DNA of 64,000 bases from Raillietiella orientalis. Lineage: Eukaryota. How positions within the stretch are numbered: position 1 is the first letter of the stretch; every line of letters starts with the position of its first letter. The notes beneath the pieces were generated by a model. It was not told the DNA's origin and did no database searches. It saw only the letters and a list, made by a program, of their open reading frames with translations. A program made the position numbers and the translations under genes. The DNA lies in assembly GCA_036172245.1 (NCBI GenBank), contig JAYWIR010000022.1, positions 2,356,001 to 2,420,000 on the forward strand, given 5' to 3'. Positions 24,803 through 39,300 of the stretch are shown here, one piece after another.

Positions 24803-26580
24803 CTAAGGCAACTTGTTTTTTGCATCTAGCATTTGATCCAAAACAGTCTGAAAATATGATGACACATCCACCTGATTCTGTTTGCTATGCACAATAAAAG
24901 GATGCTGCAACAGGGTACGATACTTGGGTCTCTGAGCTTCATCTTTGATGAGACTGCAAAGTATTTTGGAACATGTCCAGATATTTTCTTCACTTACCAA
25001 GTATTAACAAAATCCACAAATTCAGGACTGAAGCATCTACCATTATGGTTGATGAGCAAACGAGGAGCTTCTCCTTTCACTACTTGAGTCAGCTGGTCAA
25101 AGACACAATTCCATTCAGGGTATGGGAATGAACCAGTGGCAAGTTCCATAAGAGTGATTCCCAATGACCACACATCTGATCGTACATCATAACCACGAGC
25201 ATGCTCAGGATCAATACGTTCAGGCTAAATGCAAACCTTTTTCAAACATACACACAAAAAGCAAAACTCACAGCCATGTAAGGCCTGCAACCAATATCCC
25301 TGGTGCGTGCAATAGAATCAATGAGTTGCCCTGATATGCCAAAGTCACATAATTTGATATGACCCAAATGGTTCACCAAGATATTACTAGGTTTTACATC
25401 ACGATGGATTATCTTCAGTGTCTCTTTTAAATAGTGCAGAGCTTCAACTGTCTAAAGTTGATTATAGGATACCCTTTCACCTACTCAACCACTCACAGCA
25501 ACAGTAATCTGTGCCAACAGATCTTCCGGAATGAAAGTATCCAACTTCTCATATACGAAGTGGTAGAACTGATCTAGGCAAGCATCCATTAGCTCCATGC
25601 ATATCCAGCAATCACCCTAGAAAGTAGTCTTGTTAAAAATTCTAATGATAAAATCAGTTACCTCCTGAAAGATGGCACCATAAAATCGCACAATATGAGG
25701 ACAGATATGGGATTTCATCACAACTGCCAAGTCATTCAGGATGCGTTGCTCCTTTTCATCAACGCTTGTTGACCGGATCCTCTGGGGACAGACAGAGGAC
25801 AATCCTGGCAGTCAGGTTAGACGCAGTTAGCCAATGTCCAACGCACTTTTACAGCCAGAGTAGTACCACTAGGTTTATGAATCATTTGATTAACAGTGCC
25901 AAAAGCACCACGTCCAATTTCTCCCAGGTCAGTTAAATCATCAGCCACAAATTCATACCACTAAATACAAATAATTACATCACTATCACAAAAAGTCTGC
26001 TGACCTTGCCATTTGGCAACTCTAAACGTCCCTTACTTTGAGTTGGAGAAAAAAATGTCCTGGATGAAGTTGTACTGAAAGGAGAATAAAAGAGGTAAAA
26101 ATAGGTTCACTCACAGGACTTGAGGAGTTCTAGATTTAGTCAGTCTACCAAAGGACAGTCGCAGCTTACTCCGACGCTCAACTGTAATGCATGGTAGTTA
26201 GATCCCAATTGTATCAACAAAAGATATCTGTATTCCATTAGCAACCTCAGAAATTAATGTAAGATCAGGTTTCTAAACTTTGCTAGATTATGATCTGCTT
26301 TACTCTGACTGTATTATATCAACAAAACACAAATCCATGCAAAAGTTCAGCGAAATGCAAAAATGTATGATAAGATTCAAAAGATGCTGATTCTCTTGAA
26401 GTTCTTGGGCTTCAAGTTACAAAAGGAACAAATAGTCAATTCCAATGGGAACATATGCAAGTGCCAAAAATCCATTCCTACCTTGACTAATAGAATCAGT
26501 TTCTGGATGTTCCTGTGCCATAAAAGCATCATTTTTATTTGGAATAGCCATAATTGAAAGCCAATGTTCCTTTTCAGCAT
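24803..26580 (-). CDS. MAP2K4: Dual-specificity MAP kinase kinase 4 (MKK4/SEK1)
   Basis: Minus-strand exons 26580-26482 (tentative), 26181-26115, 26074-26005, 25960-25847, 25781-25662, 25616-25497, 25451-25272, 25224-24998, 24953-24803. Motifs: docking site [79 protein letters not shown] (activation loop SIART, cf. MKK4 SIAKT), [34 protein letters not shown]. Start codon unresolved (26551, or a micro-exon at 28262-28256). Confidence 0.93.
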
Positions 26581-29500
26581 CTGATTGACGTCAGTTATTT
26601 TCTTTAAACAAAATCTTGACTCATTTGTAATTTTTACAGCATCTGTAACACCAAACTATCATTATACTTTCTAATTAATTGTTGGCATACAATATTGCTG
26701 TACTGTTAATTTAGTTCTGGCATACAGCAATTTATGTGCAATAACTTATGGTGAAGCATACAAACATTTTAATTAAAAATGACAAATTCCTGCAGCATTT
26801 TATAATCCATACAACAAACATACTAACTAATTCTTTGTCAAGACTTCTGATAATTCTTTTCAAGTATTCCGTTTGATCAGTTTTAAAGGAAAACACTAGT
26901 ACTGCAAAAGACATTCATCGGAAACTTATTTGGTTTCCGTAAGGGTATTGTGTCTTGCAAGATTTTTTTTTTTTTTCATCCAATCAAGTGTTTTGCTATT
27001 TTCATTACTGTGATACCCTATTTGCACTGCCTCCCCAATTTAAACTTTAATCAGCAAAGCACAAATCACCAAATTAATGCGTATTTTTAGAATACTAAAG
27101 GGATGTATATTCATAAAAAACAACCGCTTATAACTCTGCATATCATGAAAGACTTAAGATTATCAAGAAATGTCGCAAAGTAAAAAAATTAATGAATGTA
27201 TAAGGGATTCCTAGTTATTTAATAATCATTGTACCCCTAAGCAATGTTCATCTGCAAAACTGCTTTGCTCATTATTTCAAAGAGTTTTCATCTGTACTGG
27301 GAACACAAGGTCACTTAAAATATCAATGTTTTCATTTCTATGTAAGTTCCATCATTGCTACATTCATTTCAGATGGAAAATCTACAAGATTGCACATTTG
27401 CATGGAACAACAACAAATGCATTCATTCACTTACCCAAAATGGTGCATTGGGTACTACTAGCATTTTGTAGTAATTTTCTTATCTGCACAGTTTTATACG
27501 TCAGAATTTATCGGATGTTGAGTTTATAATTTCTTTGCATAAACCTGAAGCGTAAAACACACGTACGGAGAAATTTCGAAGAGACAGAACTAGGCCATTA
27601 AATAATTCAGGCGACTGCTAGCAATTTGAACGACCAGGGTTTCTCAGTTTTCATATGTAGGAAAAACCGTTAAAATAAACTGCATCAAGGCACTAAAAGT
27701 GACTACGGCTCTCTGCTCATGTTGTTGGTTTCCCCGGGATACGTCCTGATGCCAGATCGAAAAGGTTGACCCATTCTGGCTGGCTTGTCGTTTTTTCATT
27801 TAATATATCTATAAATATTTAAAAAAACACCATTTCAGTCTTCTCTGCAAGAGTTTTACAAAATTGCTAACAAAACAACAGGAGAAATTTCAATCTGGAA
27901 AAAAACAATTTGAATACACAGCATGACATTTCAAGTGTACTCTTTGAGTTGAAATGGACACCCCCTCACGTATCTAAAAAAATATGCTTGCTTTAATTAA
28001 TCTCGCTTCCCAAAACAGCATATAATTCAAAGTAAGAATTACTGCTTTAAATAATTATGGCTATACTTAAACCGATCACTTTCAAATAATTTCTCGAACT
28101 TTAAATGTACGTCCAGGAGTTTTGTGAATTTCACAGAAAGTTTCCAAGATGCAGTCTTTGTTAGAACAAAGCAACACTGTCCATCAGTTGGACATTCCTG
28201 GGGAATCTCACCTTCCAAATTATGAGTACAGAATTGCAAATATTTTGTTTCTTACCTGGCATGATTAGAACAACTTTTACAAGATTTATCAAGAGTTCCT
28301 GAAAACTACCCTTACTTATTATTATCCATTGATACGGTTGGGCAGATTATGTTAGACACATCAAACTCGAAGGACGAAAACGGAAATATCCAAATTACTG
28401 AGGACAAAGAGCTTTTTCTACTTTTTCCACCCCTGAGATGAATGTAAATTCACTACTGAGAAGCACTGATGATCAGTCTGAATCGAATGCTTTTCATTAT
28501 GCAATTTAATGAAAGCTCTTCGAATTGAAATAATGAAAACAGCACGGGGTGAAATTTTTCTGCAAAATAATGTCTGACTTGTTGAAAGATTTGTACAGAA
28601 AGGTTTGCACGTTGCACAAGAGGGGCAGAAAAGATTTTTACTTGTGGAAGGAAAAAGGAAAAACGACTTAACCACTATTGCGGCGGAAGAAAACCGAGAT
28701 ACAAAGACGGATTCCCTAAAAATCCTAATTTCTTTTTTCGAACCCTGGAATTTCACGTTTTTGCAAATGTTTTCCAAGGAACGCGGAAATCGACACAACT
28801 TCAATTTGTTCCTTTACTGTTTTTCTGAAGCAGGACTTCATATGCAAGAAAACAAAAAGTGCCAAATGACTAAAAACACGAAGTGCATTTTTTATTCTTA
28901 ATGAGGACTCTCTTGTAGGCGTTAAAATGAACACCGCAAGTTATAGTTCACTTGCCAGACATCCATTGTGCCTCAGTGATTTGTTTGCATATATACAAAA
29001 AGGTTCGTATGGACGTTCCCGAAAAAGAAACCCTTTCAGAACCTTTTGGCATAGCCAAGCCTGCAGTAAACAAACATACAAAGTAGTCGTAATTAAAAAA
29101 ACGGAACTACTTTATTCATATTACTATGAACCTTCAAACACAAATTTGCCTCAAGAAAAGTTTCATCTTTCATGTCATAAAGCGGTGCACAACCGATGTT
29201 CCAAAGAGTGGTGCTCGATTCCTGTGCCTTGTGATTTAATACAACAGATACTTGGATCGAGATCGGATATGAATGTCGAATGGTGACTGCCTACTTCTTT
29301 TGGTTTCCAGATTTTCTACAAACAAGGAGGAGAGAACTGAACGCTGATCCAGGAAAATTAGAGACCAGATGACTGGGTTGGCAACATATTCAACATTATC
29401 CCGCTTTTTTTCAGGGTGTTTTCAAAGTCTCAGTTTCTTGTTGGACATCTCCTGACGAAGCTGCAATATGGAACAAAATTGCTTTGAGCGCACTAAAGCA

Positions 29501-32500
29501 TGACTAAAGCATGGGAAGAACTGGATAATTTCCAAATCACCACTAGCGTTCTGTCCAATCTGAAAGAATTCGCGACCCGACCTAGCTGAACCCGTAGAAG
29601 TCACTGCCACAATCACTTAAGCACTATTATTAGTAACGAGCTTTAATATGTTGAGAGCTGCAAGTGAGGAGTGGCATCGAGAAAAAAAGTTGTTAGTGAT
29701 TCCTCCAGACTACGATTGCCTCGTCCTCCCTGTAAGTGACGCAATGGAAATGGGCAAGCTACTTTACAGGATGCTGTGCTAATAAGCTTGTAGAATTTCA
29801 ATACTGAATCCTGAGAAAAGAGTTAGATACCGGGAAATTCCAGGAAAAACGAAACGCGTGGGTACTACGCCTTTCACCTAGGGGTCACTACATCTGATTC
29901 AGTGGACCCCGAAGGGATTGAATTTTTTTCTTAAACGGGCTTGGGTGTTATGCAGCTGTTCCTTACAAACCATTTCACGTGCTCATGTAAGCCGTGGAAT
30001 CAACCTATTCCAAAACGCACATCGACTGACTAGAAGCTAACTATTGGGCAACGTGCATCCACTTTATCCAACCGTGCTACGGAAGACAAAAAACAAAGAG
30101 CAAATATTTTATCGGTCAATGGAAATTGAATTTCGGTCGATAGAGAGCACTTTATTCGTCTGATATTGAGAGTTTATGATGGATTTGTGTGAAACTTTCA
30201 GCAAGCAGTGGATTCGTAACAAACGTCGAAACTGAAGTGCCACAAGTGTCCATGAGCATTTGACAGCCAGAGTGCACCTCAGTGTCGGTTTCGAAGCCCA
30301 GATGACTGCCTCTCTGCTTCGCCTCAGCGTGGTTGCTACCCGATCTTGCGGAGAAGACATGTAAGCACCCCCCTGCCCCCATACACATACACACACGCGG
30401 AAATTGTCGTTCCTCTGATGAGGTCTCGGAGTACTTTAGCAAGAGCACACGCTGTACATCAGTGATTGCATAAATCAAACAAGCAATCGAACTGATGAAA
30501 GCCTCGCCTCCTTTTGAAGACAAGTAAAATAATCAAATCAGAGAGGAACGACTGCCACCCCGCATCGGTGACGATTCAAAGGTGACGTCGTATTGGGGAA
30601 CCGTCGGCCGAACGGTAGTTTCCCAGGGAAAATCTCAGACCTCGGTGGATTCTGGCTCTTAGGTAATTTTTTTTTCTTCCGCTCCTCGTTATTTCGATGC
30701 TTGCAAGCAGCATTTGCTGCGGCGCAAAAGGAAAACGAACGAACGAACGCAGAAGAAACAGTAAAACATACAAACAAGCAAAAAAGGAGGAAAAAAGGAA
30801 GCAGAGGGTTCGTCGAAATAATCGATACCTCAAGAGTTTCTCCGCAGTTCGGCCCATGGAAACCAAGAAATGGGTACTCCATCCCTTTCCATGCATGAAA
30901 TCGATCCGTTGATGTAACAAGACTGTGAAAGTGGTTCGGAAAAGAACAGTTCGGTGGAAGGGATTTAATGCGGAGAGAAGGAAGAGGGAGTTTTTCGCTT
31001 CAGTCCCCCCTAAGTCGCGAGAAGCATTCTCTCTGCTGCTGTAGAAAACGGAATGAAAAATAGAATAAAATGAAACGAAACGAAAGAAAAAAAAAATAAA
31101 GGCACTTCTGCACACGTGAACTTCGACCGTGATGCCCCTCCACTCTTGAGCCCTGGGAGCAGGGAAGGAGGGAAAAGGTCCTTTGGAGGATGCTGTCTGT
31201 GATCACCCCGGAGAAATCCGGAGTTTTCCGTTAGAAACGGGCACTCGGAACCCGGGTCCTCAGCAACGAGATGGCGGCGATGCACCAAACCCAAGGACGG
31301 TGCCACAAGCGATCTCGTGCCTTCCCCCTCCCCCTCGCCCTGCTCCTGGCAAGCGAGAGTTGCCTTGGTGCTCATCGTAAACAGGAGAGGGCGCAGGAAG
31401 CAGTGGAAAGAGGAAGAGAAGAGAGAAGGCAGAGGAGGAGCTCGTGAGGGGGAAGAGTGGCGGAACAATCCAGCGAGAAGGCGCATTGCAAACATGTACG
31501 CTCACCGCGGATGCTCACATCCTGGACTTCCGTGTGAAGGGAAGCCTTCTGGTCGCAAGCGCGGGCGCGAATCGTGCGCATTGCTCCTCCTCTTCCCTCT
31601 GCTCTTAACCCACTTCCTCCCCCCCCTCCCTCTTCTTCGTTCTCGTGGAATTCAGTATCAACAGGCAACAGTCCTCGACGCGTGTGGCAGGTTTCTGATG
31701 ATCTCGGCAATCCCCCTTTCTCCCCTCCTCTTCGGAACCACCTGCTTCTCCCTGTTCCCGAGAAATCCGAATTCGGAAGACTGTCCCCGCCCAGTGGAAC
31801 CATCTGGATGACAACTGCGGGGGTCCTCACGCAATCTTCGCCCATCGCCGCCCAAGCGCTAGTCCCCTGATCATACGCGTGGCAGGTCGATGGGGAGTAG
31901 GGCGGCCCCTTTGGGACGGACGTGTTTCCTGCTTTGGCGAGTCGCGAAGGAGGATGGAAGGCGAAAGCTCGCCGCGGAGACCCATTGCTGCCTCGCAAAG
32001 GCAACGCGCGAGGGGGAAGATGGAGGTGTGTCGGCACTTGGTCAGCTCCTAAGCAAGCAGTCCGCGTCGCCTTCGCCTGGTGAACGCAAGGGCACTGCGT
32101 TCTCTGCAGCCTCAGCAGCAACTCGTTTGCAATCAGAGAGGCGATGATCATCGTATCCAACCCTCATTCAAACACTCGGCATGTTCCCGCGAAAAATCTC
32201 CACTCATGCTGTGAGCACATGCGCGCATTCGTCACCTCCATGGTTACGGAGCACGACAGCGTCTGTAGATCATCCCAAGTGCAAAAGGCAGTTCACACAA
32301 GCGTCCTCCTCTTCAGTCATTCATCCACGCTCCAGCCGATAAATTCCATGAAATCCACTTGTGTGAGGGCAATCCACGTGATTGCGTACATTGGCACACG
32401 TGCACGCATCGGCACGCATGCGTGTCGCGAAGATGTTCTTCACTACGATGTCCACGTGGTGTGCGTGTGACTCGTCCAGACGGCGCAGTGTACAGGTCGG

Positions 32501-33316
32501 CTGCCGACTGCACTCACGTTTTGTCTATCGCACAGTCCAGAATTGTTGCTGCCATTTCATCCCACGGCGACTTGGCAGCAGGCAGCCGTTCCCACGTGCT
32601 GCGCACCTCTGTACACTCCAGGAGCAGGTCTGGCATCTTCCCGTGAGGTTTCCGAGAGGGTGCTAACCATCGTGGGGGTCCACCTGACCCGAGCTTTGGG
32701 CCGCGCGTGGCGTCGATCCGAGCCGCGCATCGTTCAGCGTCTGAGCATCCGTTGAGTCTGCTGCTCGGCCTCTTTCGAGGGAGCTTCCCGCGAGGCGAGG
32801 ACGCGGTGTCAAGGGCCAAAAGTGCGAGCTGCAAAGGGCAGAGGAGCAAGGATCGCGTCGCAGCAGCTTTCGTCTGAGGTCGCAGCGCCGAGGTTTCGCG
32901 TCGATGGGCGGTTCGAACTCCTCCCGTAGTCCCAGACGCCATCAATGCCTCAGGAATTCTCCCTTCCCGACCTTTGCACGAGCCTCTCCGCAAGGAAAAA
33001 CAACAACAACAACAACAAAAAAAAAAAAAAAAACAAAGAAAGAAAGGGAAAAAAAGAGAGCGAGAAAGACGGACACTCCTCTCTGCGAATGCGGTTCGTG
33101 TCCTTCCTCCCGACGCCACCCGAAAAGCTCGCCGTCGCTTTTTCCTCGGAAACGGCGGAATTTTATTTTCGTTTTTCCCGAGGTGGCGACGACGAACGCG
33201 TCGACGGCGTTCCTCCTCTCTCTGGGAAGCAATCCGTCAATCCATTGTTTGTGATAGGAAACAAGAAAATTTGTAGCATCTGCATTTTTTTCTTTCTTTC
33301 TTTCTTTTTCCTTCTT

Positions 33317-33322
<6 letters not shown>

Positions 33323-33360
<38 letters not shown>
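33323..33360. repeat. (CT)19 microsatellite within a long polypyrimidine tract
   Basis: Directly visible. Confidence 0.9.
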
Positions 33361-33365
<5 letters not shown>

Positions 33366-36300
33366 CCTCTCCCCCTTCCTCCTCCCTCTTCTCTTTCTTT
33401 CTTTTCCGTTTCTTCTTCTCCGCCTGCTTTCTTTTGTGGGTTTCCAAAATTAGATCGAGGGAAATTCGTTTGTTCCGACGAGTTAAATTTAACCCTAAGT
33501 GCCCAGAGCACCCCACCCCCACCCCCACCCCCGCTGTTGTTCCGCAGCAATGCCTTCGGAAGCACGCGAAGTGCGCGCGGGGGGGAGCAGAAACGTGCCG
33601 AGCAGCGTGGCGTGCGTGCGCGCACTCTTTTAATCGATTTTCATCCCAAGACCCCGAGTGATTCGAGCTTCCTCCTGCAGGTCCTCTTCAGATCCTCCCA
33701 AGTTTGCTGTTGACATTCGCTGGAGCAGTCGGGAGGACGGGATCGTCCTGCAATCTTCGAGGAAAGGGGGAGGAAGAGACGGATTTTCACCGCGCGAGCT
33801 GTTGCTTTCTCTTGGGATCGCCCCTTTTTTTCCACCCCGGATCAGCGTTTTCCTTTTCTTTTCCCCTCTTTTTTTTTCTCCTTTAAAAAAAAAGAGAATG
33901 CCAACTGCAATCAGGGGAATTACGTGGAAAATCCCACCACCGCAGCGGGAAGAGCGTTCCGGAGATGACCGATAAGCCGTTCCGCAGCCGGCCGCGTCAC
34001 GTGCGCGGGATTCTGGAGGCCGAGGAGCTCCCGCGACTGCTCTCGGAAGGAGCACCGGGAGGCTTTGCAAAGCTAGAAAAGACTGCGCGAGGCAGCAGCG
34101 CACGCCCTCCTGGATTTCGAAGAACGATGGGGCGAGGATCGGAGGCAGCGATTCCACCCACTCCCCTTCGCTCCCCTTTCCCTTCCTCGTGGACCGCGCC
34201 GCAGTGTTGCGCGGGACGCGTGCAGATGGCAGCCGCGTGCGCACGTGCGCGCAGTCTCGTTTTTCCAGCCGTACGTTTCGAAAAGGTGGAAACACTTTCA
34301 GCTCTTTGTGGAAAGCCCACGAATCGTTTTCAAAGGTGTTCGGATGAGGAGTGGCCACTGACAGGGGATGAGAGGGGGAAAAAACACACCCCCAGATAAG
34401 ATCATGTCAGCTGATTCCGGGAGAAGTAGCTATCGGATGGGACATACAGAAGGCAGTCTAAAAAAAAAAAAAAAAAAAAAAAAAAAGGGAAAAAAGGCGA
34501 GGGGAGGGATAGAAAAAGATGTCCCTGAGGTCACGGTTATCCGGAAAAATCGATTGGTCTTCGTTTCCTCTTTTTCTTCTGAATGAGAACTCCAAAACGG
34601 AGTCAGCAGCGATAAGGCATGTCATTCTCGTGACCCTCGCTGCTCGTCAGGTTGCGAAAATCAGCAAAAAGCTCCCTTCTGCAAGAGGCACGCGCAAACA
34701 AAAAATGCGGACGCACGGGAATGGTGCCCATGGCTGAACGGTACCGAGCAAGGATGCTGGTGCTACGCGGTGCCGACGGCCAAAAAGAGGAGAGGGGAGG
34801 GGGGAGGTGGAAACGGTAATCAACCATCAAAAAGTCTTGGGATCGGTAAGCAGCTCGTGACAAATCAAGCGGAACGTCTTCGATTCCGCGAGATGGTGTG
34901 CGATGATTGATGACGCTCGCCGGCGTCAGCGCCCCTTAAAGCAAGGATTGGGGAAAGCACGAAGCGGAGAAACAGAAAGCTGCCTGAAGTGGTGACTTTC
35001 TCGGGGTCCTGCGATTATCCACAGGACCTCAGCGAAGAGAGGCAGAATTCGATGGCGCGCGCGCGGGCGGGGTGGGATCCTCCCGGATTCCCTTCTGAGA
35101 ACGTGTGCAGGTCCAACTGCACCACCACCTGAGACGTCGGCTGGAAGCGCCAAGGCTCGTTTCTTTTCTGCCAGCTTCCCGTTTCCTCGGCGCTGCCTTC
35201 GTTTTCCGTTGGACTCCAAGAGGACACCTCTCGCGAAGCCGCCGCTACCGATGCGCTCGCGCGAGTCGGCGGGGTGTGCTTCCGGCCGGCGTCGCCCCCT
35301 CTCCTAAAGGATTGGGGAAACACCGAGGCGTTCCCACTCCCCCAGGCGGCCTCCCCTGCCTGCTTCTCGACAGGGCGTCGTGGAGTGGTTCACTCACGCA
35401 CTTCCTGTTGGCTACATCCTGGGAAGCCAGCGGTGACCCGACCGGACCGTCCCTCGCATGGAAAGCCCACCTGCCCACGCCACAGGAAACGCCATCCCGG
35501 AATCGCTATTTCTAAGCTCCTTGCTCCCCCTCTCCCGACCGCGTCGCTGAAGCTCATTGACTGCTTTTTTCGCAGCACGCGCGCCATTCCGCGCGAGGAT
35601 TCCGCCCGGATGGAGGGGCGCCGGCCGCCAATGCACGGTCTCCTGCCTCGAGCCCCTCTGGAGGAAAGCGGAAGACTTGCCCCTGGCTACCCTCTTTCGG
35701 TCCAGCAGCGCTGTCGAGTCCTCTCGAAAGATCACTCACGACTTCTGGGTCCGCGAGGCTCGTGTCCCTAGCAACGAGTCGCTTCCCGCTGCTCGTTCGC
35801 GCCTCGAGCCGCAGTGCTCCCAAGCGGGAGAGGCAAGCGAATTCGCGAGTTCCTGAAGGATTCGTTTCCTTTTTCCCGAGGGAGACTTCGGCACGGGAGC
35901 AGGATCTGGGAGGAAAGGCGAGGCGAGGGAACTCGACGGGAAGCTGACGGGGATCGCGCGCGCCGGCCGACCGGCGATCCTCGCAAGACGCGGGACGGTC
36001 CGGACTCGTTCGCGGAAGTGCCGGACACACGGAGGCGACGAGTCTTCGCGCGAGAGAAGGCGCTCTTGGTGCCTCTCCCAAGGGAAAGGGCCTTCGCGTC
36101 CGATGCGCGAGAGGCCGAGCGGCGGGCGGCCTCGGAGACCTCCCTTGCGCAAGCTCACGGGGTGGACGAGAGTGGGCGCCGAACCGCTCCGCAGCGTCTT
36201 CGCGGTGCGCGGGTCCTCTCCCGCGCGAAACGTTCGTTCGCTTCCGACTCAAAACTCCAAGTGTTCGAGTCCTTTCGTGGTGTTTGCTGCTCGTTTCGTG

Positions 36301-39300
36301 CGCGCGCGGTGTTTCGTCCGCCTTCTTCTCCCCCCATCCCCGCATCCCTCCCCAAGGCGCGGTGTTCGTTCGTTCGTTCTCCGGGAGGTGCGCGCGCGCT
36401 ACTCGCTCGCTCTCGACGGCGGAAGGCGATGCGCGCTGGCTTCACGCAGCGATGCGCGGCTCGGGGACGCCACTTTCCGCAGAGACGCTGGAAATGAGCT
36501 CCGCGCACCCATTGATCTGGGGCGCTCACCTGGATCAAATCTCGCCGTTCGGCTTTGCTACACTTGGAGGTAGGGGGAGAGCTGGAACCTCTTGGTGGGT
36601 GTTCCCCAAACCCGTCCGGCTGCTCTCTGCCGGGGACGTACCGCGCGCCCACCTTTCTCCGGGTTCAGCCGATGTACTGTCGGAGTGCGCTGTTCGTCTC
36701 TTCTTCGGCGAACGGCCAGCAAGAAGTGCAGGCAGAAGTCCAGCAGAAACGGACGAGTGAGCGGAGGTCGAGGGCAGGAGTTTGAAGGAGCCTCGAGGCG
36801 AATCCAAGGTCCTTCGGTCAGTCGTGCAGCTTGCGCGCGGGGAGTCAAAGATGCAGCATGCCTACCGGTACCCACGGCCGCTCCTTCCCTCCTCTTGAGG
36901 CTGTGCAGCAGCGCCTCGCTCTCCGAGGCGGGTGGCACTTGGAAGGAGGATCGCCGCCGCACGCCCACACGTGGGGCGGCAGCAGCGGCAAGGGAAGTTT
37001 CCGCACAGCTCCAGGGCTTTCCGGAGACAGGCGGGACGCGACCTCTCGACGGGGGCGCGCGCGTGACGGTCCGCTCAAGCGCGGCGCCCGGTGGTCACCG
37101 AGATTGCGCTTACCCCTTCCTTCGCCTCGGCAGCTTGCGCGCGGGGACACCCGGCGAAGCTTCGGGGGTGACCCGGCGGCAGGCAGAGGCACGCACGAGC
37201 GCAGCCCCGCCGCCGCGCCACGCCCTGTTTGCACGGTCGCGCGCGCGCGGCCAGGGGTGAAATCCATCCACCGAGACGTCGCGGGCGGCTGCGGCTGGAA
37301 CCGAGCCGCCCCCGGGATCGTCCTGTGCTTCGCGCTAGGAGAAAACTGGCGGGAAAGGGTTTCCCGCGCCCGCGTCAGCTGACCTTGGCGAGGGCGCCAC
37401 CTGGGAACCGACCCGGCCAGCGGCGGCGGCGGCGGCGAGCGGAGAGGGATTCCTTTGCTGCTCTTCGGAAAAAAGGGTGAGCGCTGCCGTCATCGCATCT
37501 GCGCGGAACGGCGCAGGTGGTTTCTTCAGCGAAAAGCAAACCAATGGAAAGGGGGGGCGGGATGGAGGAGGAAATAAAATGGCGGCTGCAGCGGCCGCCA
37601 ACAGTGCGTTAGGCCTAACTGTCCATAGGAGAGTTCGTGCTTCCCGTCGCGCACGCTTTTGTAGTCATCATCATGTTTTTCCACTGGAGGAGCCTCCGCA
37701 TCTGCGCGAAAAAGATCGGCGCAAGCGATTTCGACTTTGTGAAATTAAAAGGGGATGATAGAAGGGCGGAGGTGGGGAGGAGGGAAAAGAGAGGTGAATC
37801 CAATATGGCAGCCGTCGCAAACGGCCGATCCGACCTCCCGATCTCGTGCTAGGAGAGTGGCAGCGCGCGCGCGATCCGCCGTTCTTGATATTCTGCGTCC
37901 ACTCCCCTCCGTTTCCTCTTCGTTCCTCTTTCAATCCTGCGCTGGTTCCTAGCTGCTCTGGTGGCGGGGGCCTCCATACACGAAGAGAAAAAGATGAGCA
38001 TGCAGCGGCGGCCTGTCCCCTGGTCCCCCCTCGCATTTCGCTCCCGTATCCTCCTCCATGTGCCGCTGCCGACTTCTCTCTCGTTTCCTTGGCGACCGGG
38101 ATGGGGGGAAGGGGAAGGGAGGGGAGGGAGTCTCTCTCGCACTGCTGCCGCTCCCGGCGCGCGGACGCAGCCCTTCGAGAGAGAGCGGGACACTGAACGA
38201 GGATTTGCGATTCCTATCCATCCTTCGCCTCCTTCCCTCCCCTTCTCCCTGCCTTTTTTTTTTTCCCCCTCCCGCTTTTTCTCTTCTCCTGCTCCCCCAG
38301 TCTTCGTTTTTACCCAGCCCCAAGTTCCCCTGAAAACGCGCAGCGGAGGTCGTGCGAATCCCCTTTTTCCGTGCGGCCCAATCATTGCGCGGTGCGGGAC
38401 GCAGCCGCCTCTGACTGGCTGCGCGCGCTCCGCATCCAGGAAGCCCCTCGGCATCGCGGAAGCTGCGGCGGCAGAACTGCCCAGAGGAGATGGCCGGCCG
38501 GCGGCGGACGAGAGGTGACCGGTGGAAGAGAACGTGCGTCCCACGAGGGGGGAATGACGCCCCGAGAAGCCCTTATCAGGACTCGTAGAGGAAGCCGAGG
38601 GCACACCGATCGCTCGCGGCTCTTCGGACTCGCTTCCCGTCGCGAGACCGTCCGCCGTCGGGAGGGCAGCGGCTTTCGCGACAGGATGGAGGCGCCCCCT
38701 GACTACCGCCACCGCACCCTTCCCGAAGGCAGCAGATGATTCTGCCTGACGCTCCCCCCTCCAGCGAGAATGGTCCACCAGGCGCTTGCATAGCCCCGGG
38801 ATTCCGGCTCCTACTTCCGCGCGTGGCGCTGAGACTGCCTCTCTGGCCCCCCCTTTTCCGTCGCCCTCAGCGAGTTCGACTTGGCGCGGTCAGCTACCTC
38901 GGACTGCCCTTGGGATTGTCCCTCCGGCCGCCGTCGGGAAAACCTCCGGCGGGGAATCATGAGCCCCTTCATCCGTCGCGGCAGAGCCCCTTCAGGCTCT
39001 CGCCGTGCAGACAGGACGGGCCTCGTCGGTGCGCTGCCCTCGAGATGGGCTATCATGGCAGGGGCTCCCGGGAAGACGATGGGCTCCTCATCTTCCACGG
39101 TCGCCATGCTGTGGGAGGAGTGTGCACGGTCTTTGCGCCGCCGCTGGAGGGCGTCTCGGGCCGGGGCGAAGCGGAACAGCCCGACCGTGGAGGGGAGGAA
39201 CGGGGGGCGCCTCGTGCGACAAGATCGCCTTCAGTGGATCAAATCCAACCACAGACCGGGAAGACCCCGCGCCCGCGGGGAACTAGCAGGCGCCGACGTG

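Noticed and set aside
28251..28261. CTTACCTGGCA, matching the U1 snRNA 5' end
   Set aside because: No downstream U1 similarity or Sm site; better explained as a strong minus-strand splice donor
32460..32471. TGTGCGTGTGAC, resembling miR-210-3p
   Set aside because: Only a 12-nt match and no complementary 5p arm
32860..32935. tRNA B-box-like GGTTCGAACTC
   Set aside because: No T-stem pairing or cloverleaf can be built
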